NCBI GenBank assembly: GCA_963796955.1 | Contig: CAWCNJ010000008.1 | Location: forward strand, 256,001-320,000 | Length of the DNA stretch: 64,000 nt | Direction of reading: 5' to 3' | DNA from: Endomicrobiales bacterium | GTDB taxonomy: Bacteria > Elusimicrobiota > Endomicrobiia > Endomicrobiales > JALOBY01 | Part shown: positions 21,038 through 29,854 of the stretch, in pieces | Layout of the letters: each line of letters starts with the position of its first letter | Position numbering within the stretch: position 1 is the first letter of the stretch | The notes under the pieces: model-generated | Seen by the model: the letters and a program-made list of their open reading frames with translations, nothing else | Database searches by the model: none | Told to the model about the DNA's origin: nothing | Made by a program: the position numbers and the translations under genes

Positions 21038-23668
21038 ATGAATACTAAATCATCGGTGCAGATCAGGGCTCGTTTCCTTAAATTCTTTGAAGAACGCGGC
21101 CACAAGGTTGTGGCTTCAGATTCGCTTATTCCATCGGGTGATCCGACGCTGTTGTTCACTTCGGCGGGGATGGTGCAGTTCAAAAAGAACTTTTTGGGAC
21201 TGAGCAAGGATACCTTCAGCAGGGCCACAACGGCCCAGAAATGCCTCCGCACTTCAGATATTGACAACGTCGGACAAACGAACCGCCATCTTACGTTTTT
21301 CGAAATGCTGGGGAATTTTTCGTTCGGCGACTATTTCAAAAAAGAATCTATTCATTGGGGCTGGGAATTTCTGACGAAAGAAATGGGACTGCCGGTAGAT
21401 AAATTGTATTTGACCGTCTATAAAGATGACCGCGAAGCCGCCGAAATATGGGGAAAGATCGTTAAGGGCGACCGCATTATCCCGATGGGCGATGATACGA
21501 ATTTCTGGAACATGGGCCCCACCGGCCCCTGCGGGCCCTGTAGCGAGATATTGCTGGACCTGGGCCCTGAGATGAGCTGCGGTAAACCCGATTGCGGGCC
21601 GCAGTGTTCCTGCAACAGATATCTGGAGATCTGGAACCATGTGTTCACTCAATTTGACCGGCAGGCGGACGGGTCCCTTAAAGATCTGCCGAAAAAGAAC
21701 ATCGATACCGGCATGGGCATTGAACGCCTGGTGGCGGCTGCCAACGGTAAGAAGAATGTTTTCGAGACCGACCTTTTTATTCCGCTGATCAATACCGCTT
21801 CCGATATGTTGTCGGTGAACGAAGACCGGACAAACATCGCGGGCCTTCGTCTGATCGCCGACCATTCGCGCGCGATAACATTTATGATCGCCGACGGTAT
21901 ATTGCCTTCCAATGAAGGCCGCGGCTATGTGTTGCGCCGCTTACTGCGCAGGGCGCTGAGAAAGGGAAAACTGTTCGGGGCCACCAAGCCGATGCTGTAC
22001 AAGATGACATCGCATGTGATCGACATAATGAAAGACGGGTATCCCGACCTGGTCAGCCGCAGGGAAAACATCGCCGCCGTCGCTAAAATGGAAGAGGAAA
22101 AATTCCTTGAAACCCTTGAGGCAGGCAGCCACCTGCTGGAAAGCGTTATCTCCAAATGCGCTCCGGGCCACGTTATTCCCGGTTCCGAGGTCTTTAAACT
22201 GTACGATACTTTCGGCTTCCCCGTCGACCTTACCCGCGAGATAGCGGCGGAACACCACCTGAGCATAGACGAGGCGGGTTTCGCGGCAGCCCAGAAAGAT
22301 GCGCAGGAAAAATCGCGCGCCGCCTGGACCGGTTCGGGGGAAAAGGACCAGACATTTTATTCTACCCTGAACAAAGAATTAGGCGACACGACGTTTCGCG
22401 GTTATGAGTACGTTGACCTTACGGCAAAAGTTTCCGCGCTGCTGCAGAACGGTAAACGGGTGTATGAGCTCGGGGCCGGTGAAGAGGGCGAGGTAGTGTT
22501 GACCGAAACACCTTTTTACGCCGAGTCTGGAGGACAAACGGGTGACCACGGCACCATTACGACCGCCGATATATCTGCTAAAGTTCTGGACACCAGCAAG
22601 CCGTCGGGTGGACTGATAACACATAAAGTAAAAGTAATCAGAGGCACTTTAAAAGACGGCCTGATCGTAGAGGCCTCTGTCGATCTTGAACGGCGTAAGT
22701 CTATTATGCGGCATCATACATCAACACACCTGCTGCACAAAGCTCTTCGCCAGATACTTGGTCCGCACGTTGGCCAGGCAGGCTCGCTGGTGGGACCTGA
22801 TTCCTTCCGTTTCGACTTCACCCATTTTTCAGCCCTTAAACCGCAGGAAATAGAAGCGGTTGAAGATATAGTGAACCGCGCAATCCGGGAGAACATGCCA
22901 GTGCGGATAAAAGAAATGAAACTGCAGGAAGCCCGCGAAGCAGGCGCGATGGCCCTATTCGGCGAAAAATACGGAGAGATAGTACGCTCGGTAACCGTTA
23001 AGTCTGACACTTCCGAAGAAACTTTTTCCATGGAACTTTGCGGCGGAACCCACGTAACACGCACCGGCGATATAGGTTTCTTCAAGATAACCGGTGAATA
23101 TTCCGTCTCCTCCGGCACCCGCAGAATAGAAGCGGTGGCGGGCGCAGCGGCAACGCAGACGGTGCGTTCAGCTGAAAACCTGCTTAAAGAAGCCTCATCG
23201 TATCTGAAGGTGCCGCTCAATGAAGTGCCCGCCCGCCTTGAAAAACTTATATCCCTGCAAAAGGATAACGAGAAAGAAATAATGAAACTTAAGGGCCAGG
23301 TAGCCATGGGTGGTTCAGGGACAGGCAGTTTTAACGATGAAATTATAACCGTGAAAGGCATGAAGGTGTTGTCGAAGGTCGTGACCGGCCTTGATGCGTC
23401 CGCGCTGCGTAATTTCGCCGACACACTGAAAGGAAAGATCGGTTCGGGCATCGTGGTTGCCTTTAACACAGCGGAAGACAAAGTATCTTTCATAGTTGCA
23501 TTGACCGATGACGCACTTAAAGCAGGCTTTAATGCCGGCGTGATCGCAAAAAAACTCTCTGCCATTCTTGAAGGCTCGGGCGGCGGGAAACCTGATTTTG
23601 CCCAGGGCGGCGGCAAAGATCCTTCAAAAGTCAAATCAGCTATAGAGCAGCTTTCTTCATTATTGTAA
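21038..23668 (+). CDS. alaS: alanine--tRNA ligase
   Basis: DPTLLFTSAGM, TFFEMLGNFSFGDYFK, DTGMG.ER, HHTSTHLLH, ELCGGTHV, GGGKP..AQGGG. ATG 21038. Confidence 0.99.
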   Translation: MNTKSSVQIRARFLKFFEERGHKVVASDSLIPSGDPTLLFTSAGMVQFKKNFLGLSKDTFSRATTAQKCLRTSDIDNVGQTNRHLTFFEMLGNFSFGDYFKKESIHWGWEFLTKEMGLPVDKLYLTVYKDDREAAEIWGKIVKGDRIIPMGDDTNFWNMGPTGPCGPCSEILLDLGPEMSCGKPDCGPQCSCNRYLEIWNHVFTQFDRQADGSLKDLPKKNIDTGMGIERLVAAANGKKNVFETDLFIPLINTASDMLSVNEDRTNIAGLRLIADHSRAITFMIADGILPSNEGRGYVLRRLLRRALRKGKLFGATKPMLYKMTSHVIDIMKDGYPDLVSRRENIAAVAKMEEEKFLETLEAGSHLLESVISKCAPGHVIPGSEVFKLYDTFGFPVDLTREIAAEHHLSIDEAGFAAAQKDAQEKSRAAWTGSGEKDQTFYSTLNKELGDTTFRGYEYVDLTAKVSALLQNGKRVYELGAGEEGEVVLTETPFYAESGGQTGDHGTITTADISAKVLDTSKPSGGLITHKVKVIRGTLKDGLIVEASVDLERRKSIMRHHTSTHLLHKALRQILGPHVGQAGSLVGPDSFRFDFTHFSALKPQEIEAVEDIVNRAIRENMPVRIKEMKLQEAREAGAMALFGEKYGEIVRSVTVKSDTSEETFSMELCGGTHVTRTGDIGFFKITGEYSVSSGTRRIEAVAGAAATQTVRSAENLLKEASSYLKVPLNEVPARLEKLISLQKDNEKEIMKLKGQVAMGGSGTGSFNDEIITVKGMKVLSKVVTGLDASALRNFADTLKGKIGSGIVVAFNTAEDKVSFIVALTDDALKAGFNAGVIAKKLSAILEGSGGGKPDFAQGGGKDPSKVKSAIEQLSSLL

Positions 23669-23677
23669 GGGGGCACC

Positions 23678-24217
23678 GTGGCAAAACACATCGCGTTGTC
23701 GGTTCTGGGTCAGGACAGGCCGGGCATTGTTTCCGGTATCACGAAAGTTCTCTTTGAGACCGGCTGCAATATAGAAGACTCTTCCATGACGCTGCTGCGC
23801 AGCGAGTTCGCGATGATACTGCTGGTGGCTCTGGGGAACAACACATCCGCCGACACTCTGCGTGCCTGCTTCGCTAAAACCGCCGCCACAAGCAAACTCG
23901 CCGTATTCATTAAGCCCATCTCTTTTAAGGAAGACCTCCCTGAACCCAAAAAAGGCGAGCCGCACATTATCGCGGTCTACGGCGCCGATAAGCCCGGCAT
24001 CGTTTATCGAGTAAGCGATCAGCTGGCAAAGAAAAAGATCAATATTACCGACGTACAAACTGCGTTTTCCAGGGGTGCGAACACGTATACTATGCTGCTT
24101 GAAGCGACCCTTCCCGGCTCGATCTCACGCGCTGCCGCTAAAACAATGCTCACGACACTCGGCAAAAAGTTAGGCGTTACTATCTCCATTCAGCCGGTAG
24201 AAACATCCAACCTCTAG
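23678..24217 (+). CDS. tandem ACT-domain protein (GcvR-like)
   Basis: GQDRPGIV and GADKPGIV ACT motifs; CNIEDSSMT. Confidence 0.85.
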   Translation: MAKHIALSVLGQDRPGIVSGITKVLFETGCNIEDSSMTLLRSEFAMILLVALGNNTSADTLRACFAKTAATSKLAVFIKPISFKEDLPEPKKGEPHIIAVYGADKPGIVYRVSDQLAKKKINITDVQTAFSRGANTYTMLLEATLPGSISRAAAKTMLTTLGKKLGVTISIQPVETSNL

Positions 24218-24218
24218 C

Positions 24219-24719
24219 GTGGCTATCCTTAAAATACGCACCATCCCCGACCCGGTACTGAAAGACACAGCGAAACCGGTCACCTCAATAACCGCCGATA
24301 TCATTACGCTTGCCAACGAGATGGTCGCCACGATGCACCATTTTCCAAGATGCACCGGGATCGCCGCGCCGCAGGTGGGACATTCGGTCCGACTGGTAGT
24401 CGCTGATGCCTCGTTAACGGCAAAACCCTGTGATAATCACGGGCTCTTGATAATGATAAATCCGGCGATAACTGCCCGCTCAGGCTCGATATCCGGTCGC
24501 GAGGGCTGTCTAAGCATCCCTGATTTCACGGCCAACGTTACCAGGGCTGCAACGGTGACGGTACAATTTACGGATGAGGGCGGCCAACAACACACCTTCA
24601 CCGCGAACGGCTTTGAAGCGGTCCTGCTGCAACATGAAATAGACCATCTCGACGGATATCTTTTTCTTGACCGGGTAACGTCGCTTAAAACGGATGTGTT
24701 CCGGCGGAAAACAAAGTGA
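24219..24719 (+). CDS. def: peptide deformylase
   Basis: GIAAPQVG, EGCLS, QHEIDHLDG. Confidence 0.96.
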   Translation: MAILKIRTIPDPVLKDTAKPVTSITADIITLANEMVATMHHFPRCTGIAAPQVGHSVRLVVADASLTAKPCDNHGLLIMINPAITARSGSISGREGCLSIPDFTANVTRAATVTVQFTDEGGQQHTFTANGFEAVLLQHEIDHLDGYLFLDRVTSLKTDVFRRKTK

Positions 24720-24757
24720 TCAGACCGATCGGTCCGATCTGACGGACCTGACCGATC
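24718..24757. repeat. second 9-bp-period GATC array
   Basis: GATC at 24718, 24727, 24736 and 24754, with GACC at 24745. Confidence 0.85.
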
Positions 24758-24790
24758 AGAGAAGTTGTAGTATATTTAACCCCAAAAAAG

Positions 24791-24799
24791 TGGTATAAT
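24791..24799 (+). promoter_or_regulatory. extended -10 promoter for tRNA-Arg
   Basis: TGGTATAAT ending 10 nt before the tRNA 5' end. Confidence 0.6.
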
Positions 24800-24808
24800 C
24801 ACATTACT

Positions 24809-24881
24809 GCGCCCGTAGTTCAATTGGATAGAGCACTGGCCTCCGAAGCCAGTCGTCCCGGTTCAAGTCCGGGCGGGCGCA
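24809..24881 (+). tRNA. tRNA-Arg(CCG)
   Basis: GCGCCCG/CGGGCGC acceptor stem, anticodon arm CTGGC-CT-CCG-AA-GCCAG, GGTTCAAGTCC T arm; no encoded CCA. Confidence 0.95.
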
Positions 24882-24883
24882 TG

Positions 24884-24964
24884 AACACCACCGACCGTTG
24901 TCACTGACTGTAGCGAAATTCCGTCGTTTGGAATTTTGCGATGGTGAAATCCCCTTTAGGGGAT
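24884..24964 (-). repeat. structured repeat element, left copy (inverted relative to 25372-25453)
   Basis: Reverse complement TCACCATCGCAAAATTCCAAACGACGGAATTTCGCTACA matches 25389-25427 at 34/39 positions; GGTGGTGTT end shared. Confidence 0.8.
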
Positions 24965-25031
24965 ACAGACTTGTTTTTCGCACGCGAAACACCCTTTAGG
25001 GTGCAAACATGATTCCATTGCAATCTCGTTC

Positions 25032-25409
25032 ATGAAAATCCCTCTAATATTAACCTTGCTGATCATCTCTACTTCAATTTCTTGCGCCGCAGGGGATGCT
25101 TATACCCGGGCTATAGCTGATCATTTTGACAAAGACCCTGCCCAGATCGGGCGGTTGTTCGCTAACGGTTATGGGCGCTCCGAGCTAATTACGCTGATAC
25201 TGATAAGCAAGGCCGCGAATGTTGATCTGCTGGATGTGATCGTGATGCGCAAACACGGAAAAAAGTTTTCAGAAATTTGCCCAGCGTTTAAAGTGGATTG
25301 GAACCTTATTCAAGCGCGGTCTCTCGAAGAGAGGAACAAGATTGACGCCATTGTTACTTCTGCGGAAAGCGGCACCCCAAATGGTGTCTCACCATCGCAA
25401 AATCCCTAA
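25032..25409 (+). CDS. hypothetical exported protein
   Basis: Signal-peptide-like N-terminus MKIPLILTLLIISTSISCAA; helical body; no family recognised. Confidence 0.65.
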   Translation: MKIPLILTLLIISTSISCAAGDAYTRAIADHFDKDPAQIGRLFANGYGRSELITLILISKAANVDLLDVIVMRKHGKKFSEICPAFKVDWNLIQARSLEERNKIDAIVTSAESGTPNGVSPSQNP

Positions 25410-25453
25410 AAACGGGATTTCGCTACAAGCGATGATACTTTACAGGTGGTGTT
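25372..25453 (+). repeat. structured repeat element, right copy
   Basis: TCACCATCGCAAAATCCCTAAAAACGGGATTTCGCTACA...GGTGGTGTT; hairpins covary with the left copy. Confidence 0.8.
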
Positions 25454-25457
25454 TTCG

Positions 25458-26342
25458 ATGGCTCCAAATTATCCTGCCATTATCAACTCCCTCAACGCCA
25501 TGCTTTCACGCTGCACCCTGTGCGCCCATAATTGTAAGGTTAACCGGCTTCTTGGAAAGGCCGGGCGCTGCCATACAGGCACAACTGCCAAGATCGCCAG
25601 TTATAACGTTCATTTTGGCGAGGAACCGCCGATATCCGGCACGAAAGGTTCGGGAACTATTTTTTTTGCCAACTGCAACCTCTCCTGCGATTTTTGCCAG
25701 AACTATCCTATAAGCCAGTTGGGCCACGGTCAGGAAGTATCGCGTGCCAGGATCGCCGACATTATGCTGGAACTGCAGGACAAGGGCGTGCATAACATTA
25801 ATTTTGTCACTCCAACGCATGTTGTGCCTATGATCGTTGAAGCGGTATCTATCGCCAGGGAAAGGGGACTGGATATTCCATTAGTCTATAATTGCGGCGG
25901 TTATGAAACTGTCGAGACATTGAGGTTGTTGGACGGAATAATAGATATTTATCTTCCCGACGCAAAATATTCTGATCCGGCTATGGCGCAGAAGTATTCA
26001 AATGCGCCGGATTATCCGGCAATCAACAAGGCGGCGATCAAAGAGATGCAGCGGCAGGTTGGCACGCTGCGGCTTGATGAGAACGGGATTGCGGTGAAAG
26101 GCATTATAATACGCCATCTGGTGCTGCCAAATAACATTTCAGGAAGCATCGAGGTATTGAATTTTGTAGCGAAGGAAGTGTCCCCCGAGACATTTGTAAG
26201 TATAATGGGACAATACCATACCGCAAATAAATCTGATAGAATACCGGAGTTGGCGCGTAAAATCTCCAGCGAAGAGTACGCGGCGGTGATAACTGCGGCG
26301 GAAGAGCTTGGGATGGAAAATTGCTGGATACAGGAACTATGA
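25458..26342 (+). CDS. radical SAM protein, PflX-like
   Basis: CTLCAHNC.VNR, HFGEEPPISG..GSGTIFF..CNLSCDFCQN, NINFVTPTH, DIYLPD.KY, RHLVLP. Start is ATG 25458 or GTG 25446. Confidence 0.9.
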   Translation: MAPNYPAIINSLNAMLSRCTLCAHNCKVNRLLGKAGRCHTGTTAKIASYNVHFGEEPPISGTKGSGTIFFANCNLSCDFCQNYPISQLGHGQEVSRARIADIMLELQDKGVHNINFVTPTHVVPMIVEAVSIARERGLDIPLVYNCGGYETVETLRLLDGIIDIYLPDAKYSDPAMAQKYSNAPDYPAINKAAIKEMQRQVGTLRLDENGIAVKGIIIRHLVLPNNISGSIEVLNFVAKEVSPETFVSIMGQYHTANKSDRIPELARKISSEEYAAVITAAEELGMENCWIQEL

Positions 26343-27355
26343 GAAAGATAAAGATCTTTTTGGGGCTTATACTGTTGCTGACTTTATTCGCACCCGGCGC
26401 CTACAGTGCAGGATCCGTGCGGGCGGTCACGAACGGCGAATATTTAGAGGCCTGCCTTTCGACGATCTCTAAAGCAGCAAGCTCAATCGATATAGCCACA
26501 CTTGCCTTCGATAATGATACAACGGCTAACCGTATAAAAGACGCGCTTTATAAGGCGGTTAACAGAGGCGTGGCGTTAAGGATCATTCTGGATGATTCAG
26601 CTGCAAAAAAAGACGGCGATGTTATTGAAGAACTGCGCCAGGCAGGGATCGCGTTAAAGCTCGATGGGCCAAGACGAACACTGCATGAAAAGCTGATCAT
26701 CGTTGACCGGCGAATAGTACTGTTCGGCTCAACGAATCTGGGGTCGACGTCCATTGACCGTAATAATGAAACCGATCTTTTGGTTGATGACAAAGAGACC
26801 GGCGACGTTTTCAATGAATATTTTGAAGCTCTCTGGCACGAACCGGACCGGCAGGTAAGATTTCCGGCCGCGGTTAGTTCCGGGCTGCTGATACCGTTAA
26901 ATGCCTTTGATTACTCAAGAAAACTGCCCGGCATCATCCGAGCGGCCAGAAAACGGGTTTGGGCCGTGATGTATGACGCGCGTGTTTACGAGCCGGGTTC
27001 GAGCAACCCGACAGCTGAAATATACGAAGCCTTGTCCTCAGCGCGCGTTGCCGGAGTTGATGTGCGGGTACTATTAGAAAAAAGCGACCACGACAAAGAA
27101 CTTAACGCTTCAAATACGGAAACAGCAATGTTACTTTTAGCTGAAAAGATCCAGGTGCGCAGGGACCCGGAAGACATCATAACCCATGCAAAACTGGTGA
27201 TCGCCGATGATAGCGTTATAACGGGTTCATCCAACTGGAATGCCCGTTCCCTGAGGGTTAACAATGAGGTGAACGCGCTTATAACCATCCCGTCGGTTAC
27301 GAGCAGCTTTAGCGCATATTTCGAAAAACTATGGCAGGAAGCAACACAGGATTAG
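26339..27355 (+). CDS. exported phospholipase D-family protein (two HKD motifs)
   Basis: Signal peptide; HEKLIIVD...GSTN and HAKLVIAD...GSSNW. Confidence 0.9.
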   Translation: MRKIKIFLGLILLLTLFAPGAYSAGSVRAVTNGEYLEACLSTISKAASSIDIATLAFDNDTTANRIKDALYKAVNRGVALRIILDDSAAKKDGDVIEELRQAGIALKLDGPRRTLHEKLIIVDRRIVLFGSTNLGSTSIDRNNETDLLVDDKETGDVFNEYFEALWHEPDRQVRFPAAVSSGLLIPLNAFDYSRKLPGIIRAARKRVWAVMYDARVYEPGSSNPTAEIYEALSSARVAGVDVRVLLEKSDHDKELNASNTETAMLLLAEKIQVRRDPEDIITHAKLVIADDSVITGSSNWNARSLRVNNEVNALITIPSVTSSFSAYFEKLWQEATQD

Positions 27356-27363
27356 GGGGGAAC

Positions 27364-28161
27364 ATGAATCGCGCAGCGGTATTTGCAGGAAGCTGGTATC
27401 CTGATAACAGCACCGAGATCATTGATTATGTCGATCTTAAGGCAAAAAGAAAAAAAGCCCTGGGTGCTATGTGCCCGCATGCCGGGTGGATCTATTCCGG
27501 AGCCACCGCCGGCAAGGTATACTCAAAATTACAACCGGTCTCTACATACATATTAATAGGTCCCAACCACTCCGGGCTCGGGGCACCGGTCAGCCTGTTC
27601 GCTGAGGGCAGCTGGGCCACGCCGCTTGGGCCGCTTGAAGTAGACAACGCTCTTGCCAAAGCGATCCAGGAACGCGACGGCTTCGCGATCTTTGATACAA
27701 CCGCGCACGCGAAAGAACATTCCATAGAGGTGCAGCTGCCTTTCATAAAACTCTTCAACCATCACGCGAAGATACTACCGATAGCGCTGGGCGATTATAA
27801 TCAGGCGACCTGCCAAAGGCTCGGCTGTGCGATAGCGGATTCGCTGCGGGCGCAGCACAAAGAGAATGATGCTTTGATAATAGCATCATCCGATATGAGC
27901 CACTACTTGACGGAGCAGGACGCCGAAGCAGCCGACAAGCCGGCTCTTGACCGGTTACTAAAGCTGGATCCGGCCGGGTTGTTGAAAGTGGTGACGGAAA
28001 ATGAGATATCCATGTGCGGTTCGGGACCGGCCGCGGTCATGCTCTACGCCGCCAAATCACTGGGCGCCACTACCGCTGAACTGGTAGGCTACACCAACTC
28101 AGGGGACGTAAGCGGCGATCATTCCCAGGTGGTCACGTATGCCGGTATCATAGTCTCATGA
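27364..28161 (+). CDS. amrB: AmmeMemoRadiSam system protein B (MEMO1 family)
   Basis: AGSWYP, PHAGWIYSG, GPNH, EHSIEVQLPF, SSDMSHY, SMCG, Y.NSGD. Confidence 0.92.
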   Translation: MNRAAVFAGSWYPDNSTEIIDYVDLKAKRKKALGAMCPHAGWIYSGATAGKVYSKLQPVSTYILIGPNHSGLGAPVSLFAEGSWATPLGPLEVDNALAKAIQERDGFAIFDTTAHAKEHSIEVQLPFIKLFNHHAKILPIALGDYNQATCQRLGCAIADSLRAQHKENDALIIASSDMSHYLTEQDAEAADKPALDRLLKLDPAGLLKVVTENEISMCGSGPAAVMLYAAKSLGATTAELVGYTNSGDVSGDHSQVVTYAGIIVS

Positions 28162-28183
28162 AATATTGTATAATCAAACCACT

Positions 28184-28543
28184 ATGAAAGAAATTATCAT
28201 TTCAGTATTGCTGACGCTGCTGCTTGGGCCCGGTGTGGGACATCTGTATCTTAGAAGTTTTAAAAAAGCATGGGCGCTTATCGGGCTGACGGTGCTCGGC
28301 GCCGGCGTGTTCGTTATAAACGCCTTAAGGGGGCTGACACCGCAGCAGATCATAGCGATCCAGAACGATCCGGGAGCGTTCGCACGATCTATCACCGTTG
28401 GAAAATCGGCGCCCGGGCTTTTTTTTGATATTTTCTTCGCCGCGATCTGGGCTTATGCCGTCGTCGACGGTTATATAATCTGCCGTAAAAGAATGGAGCA
28501 GGGACCGCAGGACGGCCAAAACAGCCGGGACCACGCTGCTTAA
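28184..28543 (+). CDS. hypothetical membrane protein
   Basis: LLGPGVGHLYL and IWAYAVVDGY motifs, about three TM helices. Confidence 0.7.
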   Translation: MKEIIISVLLTLLLGPGVGHLYLRSFKKAWALIGLTVLGAGVFVINALRGLTPQQIIAIQNDPGAFARSITVGKSAPGLFFDIFFAAIWAYAVVDGYIICRKRMEQGPQDGQNSRDHAA

Positions 28544-28549
28544 AGAACT

Positions 28550-29854
28550 ATGAAACGATATGTGCTTACATTATTATTCCTGTTCAGTAGCGGTGTTGTG
28601 TCGTTCGCCGGGGATCAAACTTTCGAAGGGGTGATACACGTGAAATTAGATAACGGGCTTACGGTGCTGCTTAAAGAGAACCATCGCTACCCTGTGGCTT
28701 CGGCACAGGTGTGGGTACGGGTCGGCTCCGTTAATGAGTCACCCGCTACTTCCGGCTTGTCCCATTTTCTTGAGCATTTGATATTTAAAGGCACGGAAAA
28801 ATATCCGGGGGACGCAATCAGCAGGATAGTAGAGAACCAGGGCGGCATGATAAACGCAGCCACATCAAAAGAATTCACAGAGTTTTATATAGACACCCAA
28901 TCAACCGGTTGGAAAGACGCGGTCAGCATTTTGGCCGATGCCATGGCGAACGCCAACATGCCGGAGCAGGATATTAACAAAGAACGGCCCGTGGTCATCG
29001 AAGAGATAAGCAGGAGCGAAGACAACCCCGGACATGAACTGTATGACGTATTCAACGCGGCGATGTTCGTTGCCAGCCCCTACCGGGAACGCATAATCGG
29101 CTCTTCCGACGTCATAAAGAATATTTCCCGCGACGGTATTCTGGAATATTACCACACCCATTATGTACCGTCTAACATGGTTTTTGTGTTGGCGGGAGAT
29201 TTCAAAACGGACGAAGCACTGGCACACATCAAGGACACTTTCGGCACACAAAAGCCGGGCAACGCGCCCGCCCAGCCGGATCTGGTGGAAAAAGCCCATG
29301 AAGCAGTCACGATCAAAAATTCGAAAGAACTGGAACAATCCTACTGGATGGGCGGCTTTTTAGGACCAGTTATCACGCAGGACAGGGACTCCGCGACAGC
29401 GGACGTCGTATCCTCTATTCTCGGCGGCGGCCGCTCTTCAAGGCTGTACCGCTCGCTGAGGGAAGATAAGCAGTTGGCCTATTCGATCTGGTCCTCCTTC
29501 TGGTCACAGCGCGGCAGCGGAATATTAGCGGTTAACGGTGTATATGATCCCAAAAATGAAAAAGCGCTTATTGAAGGTGTTCGCGCTCAGATAGAGAACC
29601 TGGCTGCCAACGGACCGACCGAGGTCGAGCTGGCGCGGGCAAAACAGGTGATTAAAGCACAATGGGTGTTAGGCAATGAGACGTACCACGACGAAGCGGC
29701 CCAAATGGCCTACTGGCATTTGCAGGGAAACCCCGGCATGCTGGACCACTACCTAGAGCTGATCGGCGCGACAACAGGTGACGATGTCCGTCATTTCATG
29801 AAGACGTACTGCGTAACAGATAAATTCAATCAGGCGATACTTTCACCGAAATAA
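28550..29854 (+). CDS. M16 zinc peptidase, catalytic subunit, exported
   Basis: Signal peptide; GLSHFLEHLIFKGT (HXXEH); ER.VVIEE; SSRLY..LRE. Confidence 0.93.
   Translation: MKRYVLTLLFLFSSGVVSFAGDQTFEGVIHVKLDNGLTVLLKENHRYPVASAQVWVRVGSVNESPATSGLSHFLEHLIFKGTEKYPGDAISRIVENQGGMINAATSKEFTEFYIDTQSTGWKDAVSILADAMANANMPEQDINKERPVVIEEISRSEDNPGHELYDVFNAAMFVASPYRERIIGSSDVIKNISRDGILEYYHTHYVPSNMVFVLAGDFKTDEALAHIKDTFGTQKPGNAPAQPDLVEKAHEAVTIKNSKELEQSYWMGGFLGPVITQDRDSATADVVSSILGGGRSSRLYRSLREDKQLAYSIWSSFWSQRGSGILAVNGVYDPKNEKALIEGVRAQIENLAANGPTEVELARAKQVIKAQWVLGNETYHDEAAQMAYWHLQGNPGMLDHYLELIGATTGDDVRHFMKTYCVTDKFNQAILSPK

Noticed and set aside
22714..23691. 325-aa minus-strand ORF
   Set aside because: Antisense shadow of alaS.
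24949..25010. Riboswitch (e.g. c-di-GMP) upstream of the 25032 gene
   Set aside because: Hairpins are present, but I could not match any riboswitch consensus; better explained by the repeat element.
24809..27355. Integrative element or prophage at tRNA-Arg
   Set aside because: No integrase, and no direct repeat of the tRNA 3' end was noticed.
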